From: Eledone cirrhosa
Taxonomy: Eukaryota
NCBI GenBank assembly: GCA_964016885.1
Contig: OZ024743.1
Span: 270,878,001 to 270,942,000 of the forward strand
Length of the DNA stretch: 64,000 nucleotides
Reading direction: 5' to 3'
Part shown: piece by piece, positions 58,760-64,000 of the stretch
Numbering within the stretch: position 1 is the stretch's first letter
Layout of the letters: every line of letters begins with the position of its first letter
Program-made: the position numbers and the translations under genes
The notes under the pieces: generated by a model
What the model was told of the DNA's origin: nothing
The model's input: the letters and a program-made list of their open reading frames with translations, nothing else
Databases searched by the model: none

Positions 58760-58892
58760 AGAAGAAGAAGAAGAAGAAGAAGAAGAAGAAGAAGAAGAAG
58801 AAGAAGAAGAAGAAGAAGAAGAAGAAGAAGAAGAAGAAGAAGAAGAAGAAGAAGAAGAAGAAGAAGAAGAAGAAGAAGAAGAAGAAGAAGAA
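58760..58892. repeat. (GAA)n, ~44 units
   Basis: Direct reading. Confidence 0.97.
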
Positions 58893-59086
58893 ATATCAAT
58901 ATAACATCATTATGTTTATTCACACGTGACACGCGAGATTCGCAATCGATCAACACAAGGATCCAAAAATCTGATGAGCTATCGATTCCAGAGTCGGACA
59001 CGATCACTACCGATTGCATCTTGAGCTGATCGATCGCGAAACCCGCGTCACGTGCAAAAAAAAACATAAGAATGTTATAGTGATAT
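58893..59086. mobile_element. Imperfect ~190-bp palindrome, probable MITE
   Basis: ATATCAATATAACATCATTATGTTT..CACGTGAC.CGCG..TTCGC.ATCGATCA mirrored by TGATCGATCGCGAAACCCGCGTCACGTG..AAACATAAGAATGTTATAGTGATAT. Confidence 0.65.
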
Positions 59087-59122
59087 ATCGTTCGTGCTCC
59101 TTATTATTATTAATTGGCAGTG

Positions 59123-59592
59123 AGGGCTGTGGATTGGCAGAATCGGTAGAGCGCCGGACAACATGCTTTGCAGCATAGAGTTACAGACCTTTACGTTCTG
59201 TGTTTAAATCCCGCCGAGGTTAGCTTTGCCTTTCATCCTTACGGGGTCGGTAAAATAAAGTACCAGTAATGCACTGGGGTTGATTTAATTGACGTTTCCT
59301 TCCCCCTTCAAATTGCTGGCCTTGTGCCTAAAGTAGAAACAATTATTAATTGGCAGTATCGGTAGACGGTCGGATGCTATGCTTAGAAGCATAGAGTTAC
59401 GGCCCTTTTCGACTTGAGTTCAAATCCTGCCAAGGTTACCTTTGCCTTTCATCCTTACGGGGTTAATAAAATAAAGTACCAGTAATGCAGTGGAATAACT
59501 GCTGGCCTTGAGCCAAAAGTTGAAACAATTATTATTAATAGAGTAAGGCCCTTTACGTTCTGAGTTCAAATCCCGTGGGGGTTAACTTTGAC
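59123..59592 (+). mobile_element. Tandem SINE family 1 copies (two complete, one partial)
   Basis: A/B boxes and family body as above. Confidence 0.85.
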
Positions 59593-60056
59593 TCCCACTG
59601 TCATCACCTCTATCTCTCTCGCCCTCCCCATCTCTCTGTATGGTGAGCAAATGGGATCCCACGTGCTGGTCTCCCCACAGCCCCGACGGACAGAATGGAG
59701 AAGGCGTTTCCCCGGAGGATGGTAAGGGATTTCAACCGTTAAACTAATATATTTATTCGTTACACTGTATCGTTTGCTTTGAAGATTCGAAACCGCATCT
59801 GTCGCATGTGGGTGAGTGGGTTAATCACTACGCTAAACAGCCGCTGGCCACTCATTCCGTCTTTCTAGAAACGACAGAAGTGCCCAGGAGAAACGAATCA
59901 CGTATCTTTTGTATATCGGCCAACCGTATAAACAACTCCACTAAGACCATCTGACAGCTTTCCAACGTAAAATATAGCGTATCGGAATGTTTAACTAGAC
60001 AAACAGCAATTGTTTTTACGAATATAAACAAACACATAAGCACACGTACATACACA

Positions 60057-63488
<3,432 letters not shown>

Positions 63489-63493
<5 letters not shown>

Positions 63494-63743
63494 AAAAGAG
63501 TCAGGACCCCGACGGCTGAGCTCCGGCCGTTTCGACAGCTAGATCCGAACTGCTACATCTAGCTGTCGAAACGGCCGGAGCTCACCCGTCGGGGTCCTGA
63601 CTCTTTTCCTATTACCCACTCTACTACCCTAAGTATTGAATACTCTGGTGCGTTATATATTCAATACTTAGGGTAGTAGAGTGGGTAATAGGAAAAGAGT
63701 CAGGACCCCGACGGGTGAGCTCCGGCCGTTAAGACAGCTAGAT
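63489..63743. mobile_element. Double fold-back element (A-A'-B-B'-A) in (TA)n
   Basis: 63489-63544 is inverted to 63557-63612, and 63557-63642 is inverted to 63658-63743; near-perfect arms with 12-15-nt loops. Confidence 0.88.
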
Positions 63744-64000
63744 ATATATATAGGTGTGTATGGGGGGGGGGTATTTATATTTCTAACCAGTCAAGTTCAC
63801 GCTATATGCAAATGAGCTTCTCCAGCCGATGTTTCATAAACAAAACCCATAAATCCTTTAGCGAATAAATAAATGTCATTGATGGCAGATTCAAATCTAG
63901 AACCAGTTGTCTGGCAGACTCACCGCTACAGAGATAACAGTGACATGATCACGGCTTTAAAAAAATGCATAGCAATGCACACTTTACATAAACATATCGT

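Noticed and set aside
59123-59230. tRNA genes (A/B boxes here and at other SINE heads)
   Set aside because: No closing cloverleaf; each continues into the shared SINE body and tail.

Overview
Eukaryotic, AT-rich, repeat-saturated DNA with no confidently identifiable host gene. The SINE repertoire and microsatellite load suggest a cephalopod such as Octopus (inference). Almost all ORF-track entries are microsatellite artefacts. The real coding remnants are all retroelements: five Penelope-like element (PLE) ORF copies from about three clades (Neptune-like at 4.5-5.7, 24.2-25.0 and 49.6-50.5 kb; Nematis-like at 30.6-33.7 kb; Naiad-like at 60.5-62.1 kb), a Tx1/L1-clade LINE in (GATA)n, two CRE-like fragments and an RTE relic, plus many tRNA-derived SINEs, MITEs and minisatellites. 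The most interesting unexplained layer is a set of non-coding PLE-terminal elements inserted in (TA)n arrays that carry minimal type I hammerhead ribozymes (HHRs) and fold back on themselves. These include a 2.57-kb element with ~525-bp HHR-bearing inverted arms, a retrozyme-like 556-bp-period HHR pair, and tiny snap-back hairpins. Six HHR motifs cluster within 35.0-39.3 kb, and five divergent HHR variants keep a C-C mismatch at the fourth pair of stem II. Three Tx1-family insertions all sit at GATA junctions, suggesting microsatellite target specificity. All folds and alignments were done by eye.
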